A model generated the notes under the pieces. That model worked only from the letters and a program-made list of their open reading frames with translations. It had not been told where the DNA came from and searched no databases. Of a stretch of DNA of 64,000 bases, positions 1 through 10,020 are shown one piece after another (position 1 is the stretch's first letter; each line of letters starts with the position of its first letter). The translations under genes were made by a program, and so were the position numbers. This DNA is from a bacterium (lineage in GTDB: Bacteria > UBA8248): NCBI GenBank assembly GCA_965221165.1, contig CBDCRP010000003.1, positions 707,735-771,734 of the forward strand, in the 5' to 3' direction.

Positions 1-174
1 CAACAGGAATTGCTGAAAATGACGGGCGGCGCTCCCATCGAAGCCGTCGAGGCGCAACTCGAAACCGAGGCCAGAGAGGCGCTTGGCGCATTCCGCCAGA
101 AATTCCGGGACGAGCGTGAGGCGCTCGAAGCCGAGCGTGACGAGAAAATAGAAGCCATCAAACAAGAAAGTTGA
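1..174 (+). CDS. 3' end of an upstream gene (partial); highly charged helical C-terminus, family not recognised
   Basis: Frame 1 is open from the window edge to TGA at 172..174 (QQELLKMTGGAPIEAVEAQLETEAREALGAFRQKFRDEREALEAERDEKIEAIKQES*). The stop lies 7 nt before the next start. Confidence 0.35.
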   Translation, partial: QQELLKMTGGAPIEAVEAQLETEAREALGAFRQKFRDEREALEAERDEKIEAIKQES

Positions 175-181
175 CCCATCC

Positions 182-1153
182 ATGAGCCGTGTTGCGATTG
201 TCCGTTGTCGAGATTATGAGAGAGAGCGCGTAAGCGACGCCGTCGCCCAAGCCTTCGAAGCCCTGGGTGGCGCAGCGCAATTCACCTCTAAAACCGATGA
301 GATTCTCCTGAAACCCAATATCCTGAAAGGCGCGCCGCCGGAAAGCGCGTTGACCACCCACCCCGAAATACTCCGGGCGGTGGCGGAGCAAATTCAGAAC
401 TCGGCCTCCCCTCCCCGAATACTGTCCATGGGCGACAGCCCCGCCTGGGGAAGCCTCGCCAGTTGCGCCGAGCAAGCCGGTTTATTGGAAATATGCGAGG
501 AACTCGGACTTCCGCTCACCCAATTCCGGCAAGGGGTAAAAATCCCCAATCCGGACGGGGTCGTTTATGCGCACCTCACCATGGCGAAAGAGGCCATGGG
601 CGTAGACGGAATCATCAACCTGCCGAAGCTCAAGACCCATTGCCAGCTTTATATGACGGGCGCGGTCAAGAATCTGTTCGGTTGCGTGGCGGGAAAAAGA
701 AAGGCGTGGTGGCACTTCAAGGCGGGAACTTTCGAGGATTATTTTCCGCTCATGCTCATTGAAACGGCGCGATTGTTGAATACGAGGCTCTCCGTTCTGG
801 ACGCCGTCTACGCGATGGAAGGCCAGGGTCCCGCACAGGGAACCCCCCGCCGGGTGGGCGTCATCATCGCGAGCGCAGACCCGGTGGCGCTCGACCGTGT
901 CGCCTGCGAGGTATCAGGACTCGCGCCCGAAAAACTGAGAACCCTGGAAGCCGCCCGGCTGACGGGCTTCGGTGAGGCGGATTTGGACAAAATCGAAGTG
1001 GTGGGACTGCCCCTTCAGGAGGCGAAACTCTCCAGTCCCCTGGTCGAGCCCAGAATGATACCGATAGGCTTCAGCATCCCGCGCGTCGTCAAGAGCACGC
1101 TGAAACAACAGTGGCTCACGCGCGTGCGGGAACCTCTCCGGAAAATTTCATAG
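182..1153 (+). CDS. DUF362 domain-containing protein
   Basis: 323-aa ORF with ATG at 182. The N-terminus MSRVAIVRCRDYE... and the overall length and layout match DUF362-family proteins as I remember them; not searched. Confidence 0.7.
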   Translation: MSRVAIVRCRDYERERVSDAVAQAFEALGGAAQFTSKTDEILLKPNILKGAPPESALTTHPEILRAVAEQIQNSASPPRILSMGDSPAWGSLASCAEQAGLLEICEELGLPLTQFRQGVKIPNPDGVVYAHLTMAKEAMGVDGIINLPKLKTHCQLYMTGAVKNLFGCVAGKRKAWWHFKAGTFEDYFPLMLIETARLLNTRLSVLDAVYAMEGQGPAQGTPRRVGVIIASADPVALDRVACEVSGLAPEKLRTLEAARLTGFGEADLDKIEVVGLPLQEAKLSSPLVEPRMIPIGFSIPRVVKSTLKQQWLTRVREPLRKIS

Positions 1154-1167
1154 ATTTTCTTGCTAAA

Positions 1168-1941
1168 TTAGATATTCGAGCGGCTTTGCGAGCCGTCCAC
1201 GTTCCAGCAGGCCCCATGCACCAGGCTCGCTCTCGGGCTCACCATGAAGACGGCCACGGCGGAGAGTTCCTCGGGGCGACCGAACCGGCCCAGCGGCATT
1301 TCCGAGTCGATGAAGCCCTTCAATCCATCCACCGCCTCATTTGTCCTCCGCTCCCAGACCCCGCCCGGGAAAATGATGCTGCCGGGGGCGATTGAATTGA
1401 CCCGAATGTTATCCTGCGCCGTCTGCTGTGCGAGGCCCTTGGAGAAGCTGATGAGCGCCGCCTTGGATGCGTTGTACGTCATCGCGCCCTTCGATTCGCG
1501 GCCATAGATAGAGGCGACGTTCAGGATAGAGCCTCCGCCTCTTTTTTTCATCTCCGGTATCACGAGACGCGAGAGCGTCACCGCATGATAGAGGTTGAAA
1601 TCGAACCCTTCGCGCCATTCCGCGTCCGTGATGTCGAGAAACGCCTTGGGGTTGCTGCCGCCTACGTTGTTCACGAGAATATCGACGCCGCCGAACGCAT
1701 CGAGCGCCTTGCGCAAAAAAGCATCGGGCACGCCCTCTTGCGTCACGTCGCCCACCAAACCCGCCGTGCGGCCGCCGCCCAGCGCGTTCAGTTCATCGAC
1801 GGCCTCACGCAGGCGCTCCTCTCCCCGCGCGCTTATCGCCACGTGGCAGCCCTCGCCCACCAGATCCTTTGCGATATGAAAGCCGAGGCCCCGACTGCCG
1901 CCTGAGATCATCGCCACTTTATCGGTGAGCATCAAATCCAT
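1168..1941 (-). CDS. SDR family oxidoreductase (3-oxoacyl-ACP reductase-like)
   Basis: 257 aa with the Rossmann motif ISGGSRGLG, NNVGG, and the catalytic Y-x3-K (YNASK). Confidence 0.9.
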   Translation of the reverse strand: MDLMLTDKVAMISGGSRGLGFHIAKDLVGEGCHVAISARGEERLREAVDELNALGGGRTAGLVGDVTQEGVPDAFLRKALDAFGGVDILVNNVGGSNPKAFLDITDAEWREGFDFNLYHAVTLSRLVIPEMKKRGGGSILNVASIYGRESKGAMTYNASKAALISFSKGLAQQTAQDNIRVNSIAPGSIIFPGGVWERRTNEAVDGLKGFIDSEMPLGRFGRPEELSAVAVFMVSPRASLVHGACWNVDGSQSRSNI

Positions 1942-2012
1942 TGTTTTTCCTCCCGAGCCGGAGAGTGCGGAGGCACGCGGCGAGCGGCCCCGAGAAGCAT
2001 CACATGATGTCC

Positions 2013-3197
2013 CTAAGCGGGCTCGTCCAGCGTCTGCGCGGCGCGCAGCAGCGTCATCGAGTCCGTCCCGTCGCCGTGCAGGAAGGTGAGCAGGTCGCGC
2101 ATCATCTTCTCCGTCGGCGTTTCCTTCATGATGCCGATGCCACCGAGAATATCCGTGGCGAAAGCGATCGTCTTGAGCGCCACCTGATCGCTGAACACCT
2201 TTCCGTAGCGCGTGAAGCGCGTGTTGTAGCTCTCATCGTTCTCCACGCCCCAACTGATGCGCCACATGAACTGCTCGGCCACCTCGATGTTCATGAGCAT
2301 CTCGGCGAGTTGGTGCTGTATCGTCTGATGCTCGATGATGGGCTTGCCGCCCTGTATGCGCTCTTTCGCGTGCTGGAGACAGAAATTGTAAATACCGCGC
2401 GCAATGCCCGTATTACACGCCGGAAGCTCGGCGCTGCCCCGGAACACCGTGCCGAAGGTGTGAAAACCCTTATTCACCCCGCCCAGGATGTCGTCCTTAT
2501 GAACGCGCACGTTGTCGTAGTAGCTCTCGGCATTGGGATACAGCCTGTAGCCGAGCTTGTCGTGCACGTTGCCGTAGGTAACGCCCTCCTGGTCCCCGTG
2601 TACGAGAAAGCAGCTAGTCCCCTGATGAAGCGGAACAGTGGGGTCCGTCCTCGCGAAGACCAGCAGGATTTTCGCCCAACTCGTGAGGGAGGTGAACCGT
2701 TTCGCACCGTTGATGACGTAGTAATCGCCATCCTCGACCGCCGAGGTTTTAAGGCCCAGACTGGGGTCGGACTGGCGGTAGATGTTGTCCGAACCGTAAT
2801 CCGGCTCCGTTATCACGAACGAGCCCACGCAGTCGTGATCCTCGACGAACATCTTGCCCCATTTTTCGATCTGCGCCTCCGTGCCGCATTTGAAGAGCGC
2901 GTTCGATATCTTCCAGCACTGGCTCAGACACTTGATGACGCCGATCTCGATTTGCGCGCCCGTCCAGAGACAGAGAGCCTTCGTCGTCGTATCGGCCCCG
3001 ATGCCTCCATGTTCCTCGGGAACCGCCATGGTGCGCAGGCCGAGCTGCGACGCCTTGTTGAGGAGCTCGCCCGGATAGCAATCCTTCGGGTCGGGCCGCC
3101 TGTCCATTTCCGCGGCGACGGGCGCGACATCGCGCTCCATGAAATCCCGGGTCAGATCCGCCAGCGCCAACTGCTCTTCAGTGAATGGATATTGCAT
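2013..3197 (-). CDS. acyl-CoA dehydrogenase family protein
   Basis: 394 aa with an ACAD-type N-terminus (TEEQLALADLTRDFMERDVAP...ELLNKASQLGL) and the full three-domain length. The long + strand ORF 1941..3284 is its antisense shadow. Confidence 0.85.
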   Translation of the reverse strand: MQYPFTEEQLALADLTRDFMERDVAPVAAEMDRRPDPKDCYPGELLNKASQLGLRTMAVPEEHGGIGADTTTKALCLWTGAQIEIGVIKCLSQCWKISNALFKCGTEAQIEKWGKMFVEDHDCVGSFVITEPDYGSDNIYRQSDPSLGLKTSAVEDGDYYVINGAKRFTSLTSWAKILLVFARTDPTVPLHQGTSCFLVHGDQEGVTYGNVHDKLGYRLYPNAESYYDNVRVHKDDILGGVNKGFHTFGTVFRGSAELPACNTGIARGIYNFCLQHAKERIQGGKPIIEHQTIQHQLAEMLMNIEVAEQFMWRISWGVENDESYNTRFTRYGKVFSDQVALKTIAFATDILGGIGIMKETPTEKMMRDLLTFLHGDGTDSMTLLRAAQTLDEPA

Positions 3198-3306
3198 AAC
3201 TCCTCCAAATCTTTGAGAAGAACTCTCATCAAAAGTAAGTGCGTATTCCTTGGTTATCCTCTCGCGCCCATGGTGTCAACATGAATCCGGCATACCACCC
3301 AGCGCC

Positions 3307-4992
3307 TCAAGCGCCCGCATGGCGCGCCGCCGCCTCACGCAACTCATCCCCTATCGGGACCCTCTGGTGCGCCGGGGCGTCATCAGGCCCCAACGATACA
3401 TGGATGTTGGCCAGCCAGTTCTCATCATCGCGCTCGGGAGAATCAGACCTCGTATGCGCCCCCCGGCTTTCGGCGCGCATGGCCATCGAGCCCAGCATCG
3501 CCTCTGCGGTAAGGCACATGAGCCTCGACTGTGCATGGCGCGAGAGGAGCGAACCGGCGGACGTCATTCCCGCTATTCTCTCTTTGTGAGCGGCTATCTT
3601 CGTGATGCCCTCTTGCAGCGCCGGCGCATCGCGCTCAATGCCGCCGGAGGAAAACATGATTTCGCGTATATTCTCTTCTATTTCATCCAGTTGGTCCTCA
3701 TCCACCACGTCCACGCCCGCTGCGCCCACCTCACCTTTTTCAGGCGGCCCGCCCTCTCCCGCCACGTGGGCGGCGGCCCGGCCCGCCCGGTCACCCATCA
3801 CCGCGCACACGGTGAGGCCCCCGCTCGCCAGGCGATTCGCTCCGTGCAAGCCGCCTCCGTTCTCACCGGCGGCGAAAAGACCGTCCACGTCCGTTCGCCC
3901 GTTCGTGTCGATGAGGACGCCGCCCATGCACGAGTGCGCGGCGGGAGCGATTTCTATCGGCTCTTTCCGCACGTCGAGACCCGCCGCCTCGAAATCATCG
4001 ATGATCTCGCCCATCACGTCTCTCAGCCCCTGGTAGGGCACCTGTGTCAAATCAAGATACACGCCGCCGTTTTCGCCTCCCCGCCCCTCTATGATTTCGC
4101 GGTGCATCGCGCGGGAGAGAACATCGCGCTTGGCGTGTTCCATATCGTCGGGCGCATAGCGGGTCATGAACCGTTCATTCAGATTGTTCCTGATTCTCGC
4201 TTCGGGGAAGGAAAGGGCCATGCCCCCTGAGTTTCTGCCCCTGAGCTGCGGCGGATGGGCCAGCGCCGTGGGGGTGAACTGCACGAATTCCATGTCCCGC
4301 AATCGCGCCCCGGCGTCGAGCGCAGCCCCGTAGCCGACTCCCGCGACGCCCGGCGCATTCGTCGTTACGGGATACATTCCCCCCAAACCGCCCATCGCCA
4401 GAATCGTGGCGCGCGCATACGCCCGAAGCAGATTCCCGTTTTCTTCCACCTGAAAATCGGCTCCCACTACCCTCCCGCCGGCATCGCGCAGCAACCCGAC
4501 GAAGGATAGCCCCTCCAGAACGCGCGCTCCGCTCTGCGCGAGTCTCGCGCCCAGAACCATCATCATCCGGGGGCCGCCGCCTGGCACGCGCGCTCCCCGG
4601 GGGTAGGTATGCCCGGGAAGTTTCGTGGGCGTCATTCGACCGTTTTTCTCCAAAAAAGGAACCACATGAGCGCGCAGACGCTCTATCGCGGCTCCCGATT
4701 CGGATGCGACCGTACGCACCAGGGCAGGGTCTGACATGAACCATCCGCTGCGGAAATTATCCGCCACCATGGTTTCCACGGAATCATCCGGCAGGGAAAA
4801 ACCCTCGAGTATCGTTGCGAAAACACCGCCCGCGCGCGCGGAATTTCCGCTCAAACCGGCCTCGCCCTTCATGGCGATGCAAACGTCCGCCCCTTCTTCG
4901 CGCGCCGCGAGAGCAGCCAGCGTTCCCGCCAGCCCTCCGCCGACGACCAATACATCCGTGCGTATTTCTTCCACGATTTCTCCGAACATCAC
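3307..4992 (-). CDS. FAD-binding oxidoreductase of the SdhA/FrdA/NadB flavoprotein family
   Basis: 561 aa with the dinucleotide fold [16 protein letters not shown] and the [14 protein letters not shown] motif typical of this family. Its start codon overlaps the queC stop (ATGA at 4989..4992). Confidence 0.8.
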   Translation of the reverse strand: MMFGEIVEEIRTDVLVVGGGLAGTLAALAAREEGADVCIAMKGEAGLSGNSARAGGVFATILEGFSLPDDSVETMVADNFRSGWFMSDPALVRTVASESGAAIERLRAHVVPFLEKNGRMTPTKLPGHTYPRGARVPGGGPRMMMVLGARLAQSGARVLEGLSFVGLLRDAGGRVVGADFQVEENGNLLRAYARATILAMGGLGGMYPVTTNAPGVAGVGYGAALDAGARLRDMEFVQFTPTALAHPPQLRGRNSGGMALSFPEARIRNNLNERFMTRYAPDDMEHAKRDVLSRAMHREIIEGRGGENGGVYLDLTQVPYQGLRDVMGEIIDDFEAAGLDVRKEPIEIAPAAHSCMGGVLIDTNGRTDVDGLFAAGENGGGLHGANRLASGGLTVCAVMGDRAGRAAAHVAGEGGPPEKGEVGAAGVDVVDEDQLDEIEENIREIMFSSGGIERDAPALQEGITKIAAHKERIAGMTSAGSLLSRHAQSRLMCLTAEAMLGSMAMRAESRGAHTRSDSPERDDENWLANIHVSLGPDDAPAHQRVPIGDELREAAARHAGA

Positions 4993-5678
4993 ATATCGGG
5001 ATAAGGGAGCGGGTCCCGTTCACCGATTTCCTCGAACCCCTTTCGCCTCAGGATGCAAGCGTCGCATGACCCGCAGGGCCGCCCCTCGTCCAGCGGATCG
5101 TAGCAGGTATGGGTGAGAGAAAAATCCACTCCCAACTCCAGACCTTTAAGCACGATGTCGGACTTTCGCATTGTGCTCAAAGGCGTATGGATCACAAGAG
5201 GCGCGCCCCCCACGCCCGATTTCGTGGCCAGGCGCGCCATGCGTTCATAGGCTTCGATGTATTCGGGGCGGCAATCCGGATAGCCGGAATAATCGAGCGC
5301 GTTCACCCCGATAAAAATATCACTCGCGCCCTTCACCTCGGCCAAGGCCAGCGCATAGCTCAGAAAAATGGTGTTTCGCGCGGGCACATAGGTAACGGGT
5401 ATGCCCTCTCCGATGTCGGCGCGCTCCTTGGGCACCTCGATGTCGTCGGTGAGCGCGCTCCCGCCGATGGCGCGCATGTCGATGGACAATACGGCATGGC
5501 CCGATGCGCCGATTTGTTTCGCCACTTTTTTCGCGGCTATAAGTTCACACCGGTGCCTTTGCCCGTAGTCGAAACTGAGCGCCTCGCAGGCGAAGCCTTG
5601 CCCGTTCGCTATCGCCAGAACGACGGCGGAATCCATGCCGCCGCTCAGGAGAACGACCGCCACTCTTTTCCCGTCCAC
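4989..5678 (-). CDS. queC: 7-cyano-7-deazaguanine synthase
   Basis: The sequence has the PP-loop [10 protein letters not shown], then [16 protein letters not shown], and the C-terminal Zn motif C..CGSCDAC. I place the start at GTG 5678 ([14 protein letters not shown]), giving about 229 aa. The track ORF extends to 5897, but that N-terminal extension looks non-coding. Confidence 0.85.
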   Translation of the reverse strand: MDGKRVAVVLLSGGMDSAVVLAIANGQGFACEALSFDYGQRHRCELIAAKKVAKQIGASGHAVLSIDMRAIGGSALTDDIEVPKERADIGEGIPVTYVPARNTIFLSYALALAEVKGASDIFIGVNALDYSGYPDCRPEYIEAYERMARLATKSGVGGAPLVIHTPLSTMRKSDIVLKGLELGVDFSLTHTCYDPLDEGRPCGSCDACILRRKGFEEIGERDPLPYPDM

Positions 5679-5729
5679 GTACGAACTCCTGCCTCTGCCG
5701 GTTGGATGAGCCTCTCTGCGAAAAAACGC

Positions 5730-5757
5730 ATAATAGGGTATTCTAGCGCTTCGGCAA
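5730..5757 (-). promoter_or_regulatory. possible sigma70-type promoter for queC
   Basis: On the minus strand: TTGCCG (5757..5752), a 16-nt spacer, then TATTAT (5735..5730), about 50 nt upstream of the GTG start. Pattern match only. Confidence 0.3.
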
Positions 5758-5796
5758 AGGTGAATGACGTGTTTCTTCCACCTGGAGGAGAGGACG

Positions 5797-6597
5797 ATGC
5801 CCGTTGCGACGGTGAATGGAGTGAACCTCGCGTACGTCATGAAAGGCAGGGGAGCGCCCCTCGTCGCGATGCACGGATTCGCCAACTCCATATACACCTG
5901 GGAGCCGGTGATGGATGCGTTTTCCCGGCGTTTTCAGGCCTTCGCATACGATCATCGCGGCCACGGGGGGTCGAGCAAAAAACAAAACCCTTATGAGATT
6001 CAAACCCTCACCGATGATCTGCTGGGTCTCCTGAACTTCTGGGGACTCGACAGGGTCCACCTCATGGGACACAGCATGGGCGGGCGCGTCGCCCTGTTGT
6101 TCGCCTTACAACACCCCGAGAGACTCGAGAGCCTGATGCTCATCGGCGCCTCCGCAGCAGCACCCGAAGGAGAAGTGAGACGACGATTCGAACTTCTTCG
6201 AAAAATGGCGCTCGATGAAGGAATGGCGGCGGTTCTCAAGAGCGAGGATATGCGGGCAACCCTCCCCCGGGACTACATCGACGGCCCAAGTGCGGAGAAA
6301 TTCAAAAGGCTATTCCTCAAAAACACACCCACCGACTACGCCGCGGCGGCAGACGCCATCCTCCAAACGCCGGACATGACGGCGCGCCTGGGTGAAATCC
6401 AGGCTCCCGCCTGGGTTTGCACGGGCGAGGGAGACGCCGGGGCGATGGCATATGGGGAGATGTTCGAGGAGCGAATCCCGGGTTGCGTGAGAACGATTAT
6501 CCCCGCCTGCGGGCATTTTCCGATGCAGGATGCGCCCGAGGCTTTTTGCGCCGCGTTCGATGACTTCGTCGAGGCGGCGATTGATTCGGACTCATAA
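5797..6597 (+). CDS. alpha/beta fold hydrolase
   Basis: Nucleophile elbow GHSMGG, with HG near the N-terminus (VAMHGFANS). The ATG at 5797 is preceded by GGAGGAG; the track ORF start at 5764 is less likely. Confidence 0.85.
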   Translation: MPVATVNGVNLAYVMKGRGAPLVAMHGFANSIYTWEPVMDAFSRRFQAFAYDHRGHGGSSKKQNPYEIQTLTDDLLGLLNFWGLDRVHLMGHSMGGRVALLFALQHPERLESLMLIGASAAAPEGEVRRRFELLRKMALDEGMAAVLKSEDMRATLPRDYIDGPSAEKFKRLFLKNTPTDYAAAADAILQTPDMTARLGEIQAPAWVCTGEGDAGAMAYGEMFEERIPGCVRTIIPACGHFPMQDAPEAFCAAFDDFVEAAIDSDS

Positions 6598-6608
6598 GGA
6601 GAACCTCC

Positions 6609-7010
6609 ATGACGCATGACGAGGCGGTGGCCTTCCTGAGCGAGCAGCACTACGGCGTCCTGAGCACCCTGCTCGAGGACGGGAGATCGCACCCCACGCC
6701 CATCGTGTTCGACTACAAAGAAGGAGTCGCGGAGATTTCCATGACGTGGGACCGCGTGAAGGCCAAAAACCTGAAGCGCGACCCCAGGGCAACGCTTTGC
6801 GTGATGCCGCAAGACAGCTTCTATCCCTACCTCTGCGCGGAAGGCGAGGCAGAACTCATCGAAGACCCGGACGGCACGAAAAACCTCGACCTCTACAGGC
6901 GCATCACCGGAAAGGACCCCGACGACCTCGATGAATACTTAGGAGCGATGAAAAACGAGAAACGACTCGTGGCCAGACTGAGCGTCAAGAGGATGTATCC
7001 GATTGGGTGA
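6609..7010 (+). CDS. pyridoxamine 5'-phosphate oxidase (PPOX) family protein, possibly F420-dependent class
   Basis: 133 aa. The pattern ...HYGVLSTLLEDGRSHPTPIVF...ISMTWDRVKAKNLKRDPRATLCV... is typical of the split-barrel PPOX family. Confidence 0.7.
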   Translation: MTHDEAVAFLSEQHYGVLSTLLEDGRSHPTPIVFDYKEGVAEISMTWDRVKAKNLKRDPRATLCVMPQDSFYPYLCAEGEAELIEDPDGTKNLDLYRRITGKDPDDLDEYLGAMKNEKRLVARLSVKRMYPIG

Positions 7011-7068
7011 GCCGGCCCTCGTTTGTGTTATGATTCGAAGTGAACCCACCAAATAAGGAGGATGCTTC

Positions 7069-7383
7069 ATGGCCGTCACCGCAATCGTCCGTTTCCCGTT
7101 TCCTGAAGAAAAAAGCGAGGAGGAGCTGGTTGCTGGTTTCGAGAGTTCGTCGGCCCTCTACCGCGATGTACCGGGCCTCTTGCGTAAATACTATCTGTTG
7201 TCCGAGGACCGGCGGACCGGGGGCGGGGTCTATATCTTCGAATCGCGCGCCGACGCCGAGCGCGTCCATGACGACGTATGGCGCGCCAGGCTGCGCGAGC
7301 GCATGGGAGTCGAGCCCGAGGTCCAATACTTCGACTCGCCCGTCATCGTCGACAACGAAGCCAAGGCCGCTTCCACCGCATAA
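7069..7383 (+). CDS. YdhR-like putative monooxygenase (dimeric alpha/beta barrel), copy 1
   Basis: 104 aa with AAGGAGG 7 nt upstream. The GGGVYIFES motif matches GGIYLF in E. coli YdhR as I remember it. Confidence 0.7.
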   Translation: MAVTAIVRFPFPEEKSEEELVAGFESSSALYRDVPGLLRKYYLLSEDRRTGGGVYIFESRADAERVHDDVWRARLRERMGVEPEVQYFDSPVIVDNEAKAASTA

Positions 7384-7395
7384 GGAGGGTGCTCT

Positions 7396-7713
7396 ATGGC
7401 CGTCACCGCAATCGTCCGCTTCACGCTTCCCGAGGGGAAGACCCACGAGGAGATGGCCGCGGCCTTCGAGAGGTCGGCTCCTCTCTACCGCGACGTGCCG
7501 GGGCTGGTGCGCAAATACTACCTGGTGTCGGACGACGTGCGCACCGGCGGCGGGGTCTATCTGTTCGAGTCGCGCGCCGACGCCGAGCGCCTCTACGACG
7601 ACGCCTGGCGCGCCGGGCTGCGCGAGCGCCTCGGAGTCGAGCCTACGATCGAATACTTCGAATCGCCCGTCATCGTCGACAACGAGGTCGGGGCGATCTC
7701 GACCGCGTCCTAG
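7396..7713 (+). CDS. YdhR-like putative monooxygenase, copy 2 (tandem paralog)
   Basis: 105 aa. The same RBS and the first 23 nt of coding sequence are identical to copy 1 (atggccgtcaccgcaatcgtccg). Confidence 0.7.
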   Translation: MAVTAIVRFTLPEGKTHEEMAAAFERSAPLYRDVPGLVRKYYLVSDDVRTGGGVYLFESRADAERLYDDAWRAGLRERLGVEPTIEYFESPVIVDNEVGAISTAS

Positions 7714-7818
7714 TTCGCGCGGAGGTTCTCTCCCTTTCGAGGATGTCTCCCGGGCGACTCGATGTATCCGCTCGTTCGTGTCCAGCAGGACGGAATAGTT
7801 GAAAAGGCGGGGGGCCAT

Positions 7819-8439
7819 ATGTTCCGGGCCAACGCGCTGACGCTCTGCATCGTCTTCCTGGTATTGGGCGTAGGCGGAAGAATCGCGCTTCAGTATGGAC
7901 TCACCGGCGACCACGGCATACGCCCGGTGCGGCGGAGCGCTTCCAAAACAGCCAAGTGCGCATGCGTTCTTCTGATTACATCGTTTATTGGGACGCTCGT
8001 TATTTCTCTGCTCGAAGCTACAGGAACGATTCGGCCGCAAATCCATCTCGGCGCGTCCGGGAACCTCATCGGCGCGGCAGCCTCTCTGGCCGGCATCACC
8101 ACCATGATAATAGCTCAATGGCAAATGGGGACAGCATGGAGATTCGGCGTCGATGAAACCGAGCAAACCGATCTGGTGACGAGGGGCTTGTACTCTCTCG
8201 TCAGAAACCCGATCTACAGCGGCGTGTTCCTGTTCGGCATCAGCTTGCTGGTATTGCTCCCACACGTATATATGCTGTTTTTTCTGATCCTGGCTTATCT
8301 GAGCATCGAGTTGCAGGTCCGCTTCGTGGAAGAGCCGCATCTTCATCGTCTACACGGCGCGGCTTACGAAAAATACGCCAATCAAGCCGGTCGCTATTTT
8401 CCAAGATTTGTTACCGGCTCCGGATTATCGGGGAAATGA
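7819..8439 (+). CDS. isoprenylcysteine carboxyl / phospholipid methyltransferase family membrane protein
   Basis: Multi-span membrane protein with the C-terminal motif LVTRGLYSLVRNPIYSG....EEPHL...G..Y..Y. I place the start at ATG 7819 (MFRANALTL...). Confidence 0.75.
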   Translation: MFRANALTLCIVFLVLGVGGRIALQYGLTGDHGIRPVRRSASKTAKCACVLLITSFIGTLVISLLEATGTIRPQIHLGASGNLIGAAASLAGITTMIIAQWQMGTAWRFGVDETEQTDLVTRGLYSLVRNPIYSGVFLFGISLLVLLPHVYMLFFLILAYLSIELQVRFVEEPHLHRLHGAAYEKYANQAGRYFPRFVTGSGLSGK

Positions 8440-8484
8440 CACACGCTCCCGGTTGAGGCGGGCATACAGGGAACCGCGCTCGGC

Positions 8485-9300
8485 TCAGCCTACGAGCGCC
8501 TCCAGACGCGCGCGGATTTCTTCGGGGAGAGCGTCGCCGCCGGATGCCGCCGCGTTCTCGCTCATGCGGCCCGTCCTGCCGGTGGCGGGAATGATGGAGG
8601 AGACGCTCTCGTCCGCAAGAAGGTATTTCAATAGCGCCTGCCCCGGCGTTCCGTCATGGTGGGCCTTCAACTCCGGCATACGGGCGATGCTGCCTCCCGG
8701 GCCGAGCAGGCCACACTTTAAGTGACTGAAAGGCCGCATGACGATCACGCCCAAGTCCATCTCCCGGGCCAAAGGCAGAACCTCCTCGCGGCACTTCACC
8801 TCGCCCAGATAGTAGGGTATCTGGATAGTGTCGTATGCGCCCGTCTTCATGGCTTCGATGAGTTCGGGGAAATTCTCCGGCCTTCTGTCGGTGATGCCGA
8901 AATGCAGGATTCTCCCCTCTTTTTGAAACGCCTGCATGGCGGGCGTCACCTCGCGCCAGCCCGCCATGTTGTGAATCTGCAACAGATCTATCACGTCCGT
9001 GCGGAGCCGTTTGAAGGAGCGCTCGATGCTCGCGCGGGCCGCAGAAGCGCTCGACTCCCACACCTTGGTCGCCAGAACGATTTTATCCCTGCTCCCGGCC
9101 AGAGCTTCGCCCAGCACCCGCTCCGATTCCCCGTATATGGGCGCGGTGTCGAAAAAATTGATCCCGCACGCCAGGCATTCGCGAACGATCTCGACGCACC
9201 GGGCGGGGTCGCTGCTCGCCATGTGCATGAAATTATGGGAAGTGCCCAGGCCAATCTCGCTCACGTGCAGCCCGGTCCTGCCGATACGGCGATGGTTCAT
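8485..9300 (-). CDS. aldo/keto reductase
   Basis: 271 aa. The N-terminus MNHRRIGRTGLHVSEIGLGT...INFFDTAPIYGESE..LG is a classic AKR N-terminus. Confidence 0.9.
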   Translation of the reverse strand: MNHRRIGRTGLHVSEIGLGTSHNFMHMASSDPARCVEIVRECLACGINFFDTAPIYGESERVLGEALAGSRDKIVLATKVWESSASAARASIERSFKRLRTDVIDLLQIHNMAGWREVTPAMQAFQKEGRILHFGITDRRPENFPELIEAMKTGAYDTIQIPYYLGEVKCREEVLPLAREMDLGVIVMRPFSHLKCGLLGPGGSIARMPELKAHHDGTPGQALLKYLLADESVSSIIPATGRTGRMSENAAASGGDALPEEIRARLEALVG

Positions 9301-9336
9301 GGTCTTATTCCTGGTGATGAGTCAGACGTTCCCCCA

Positions 9337-10020
9337 TCATCCCGTCGCTCTCGTAAGAATCTCGCGGTAACCCTGGTACACCGCCTCCCCGTAGGCGGGC
9401 GGGGCGTGCACTTCGGTGAGCTTTCCGCCTTCTATCGTCTTATCCGACGCGTATGGGTTGAAGACGGCCTCTCCATCCGGGAAGATGAGGGTGGGACTCG
9501 TCATCGGCAGACCCTCCTCGTCCCTTAAGCGCATGGCTTCCCTGTAATCGTCCATTACCCCTTCTTCAAATACGCCCGATTCCAGGTCCGCGCCCACCCT
9601 GGAGCCATCGAGACCCGCCTCTTCTGCGATCTCGCAAAGAACCGAAACCTCATCCACGCGTCTGCCCTCATAAAAAAAACCGCGCCTGAGCTTCAAATCA
9701 TAGACGCGCGCCTTTACCGGGTCTTGCGCGTATGCGCTCGCGTAGGCCTGAAAGGCAAGCATCGTGGTTCTCAGGTATTCTTCGTGCGGCCAGCTTCGAC
9801 ACGGCGAGAGCGGCTCCTGAACCGCCACCAGGGGCCATTCCTGATCCACGATGTAGCGAGGCGCAGGCCGGTCGTTGATGACTTCCAGCGGGAACGCGCG
9901 CCACTTGAGATGCAGTTTGCCCTCGAAATCCGGCATCACCCTGTCCAGCCGCGCCGCGGCCAGGTATGCCCAGGGTCAATGGTATTCATGAAAAATCTCG
10001 ACAACCGCCATGTTCGTCAT
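9337..10020 (-). CDS. DsbA/FrnE-family thiol oxidoreductase with in-frame TGA (9976..9978) at the first active-site position: candidate selenoprotein (U-P-W-A), alternatively a nonsense pseudogene
   Basis: The track ORF 9337..9939 lacks the active-site strand. The same frame upstream reads MTNMAVVEIFHEYH-TGA-PWAYLAAARLDRVMPDFEGKLHLKWRAFPLE. GAGGG lies 6 nt before the ATG at 10020, and a stop at 10030..10032 closes the frame upstream. Confidence 0.6.
9945..9964 (-). promoter_or_regulatory. SECIS-like hairpin downstream of the UGA in the DsbA-family gene
   Basis: On the minus strand: CCUG-GCCGC [GGC] GCGGC-UGG, with 5 GC pairs extendable by G-U, U-G and C-G pairs. It begins 12 nt after the UGA. 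Folded by eye only. Confidence 0.4.

Noticed and set aside
1941-3284. 447-aa + strand ORF
   Set aside because: It is antisense to the acyl-CoA dehydrogenase gene. It is Arg/Leu/His-rich with no motifs, so I treat it as a shadow ORF.
5679-5897. N-terminal 73-aa extension of the queC ORF
   Set aside because: The extension has no similarity to QueC. It overlaps the divergent promoter region and the start of the hydrolase gene. A GTG at 5678 gives the canonical QueC N-terminus.
6985-8346. 453-aa minus-strand ORF, one of the longest in the track
   Set aside because: It is antisense to three + strand genes that have clear family motifs and RBSs (the two YdhR-like genes and the ICMT-family gene). 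Its translation is Arg/Gly/Asp/His-rich, repetitive and motif-free. This is the typical shadow ORF of high-GC DNA.
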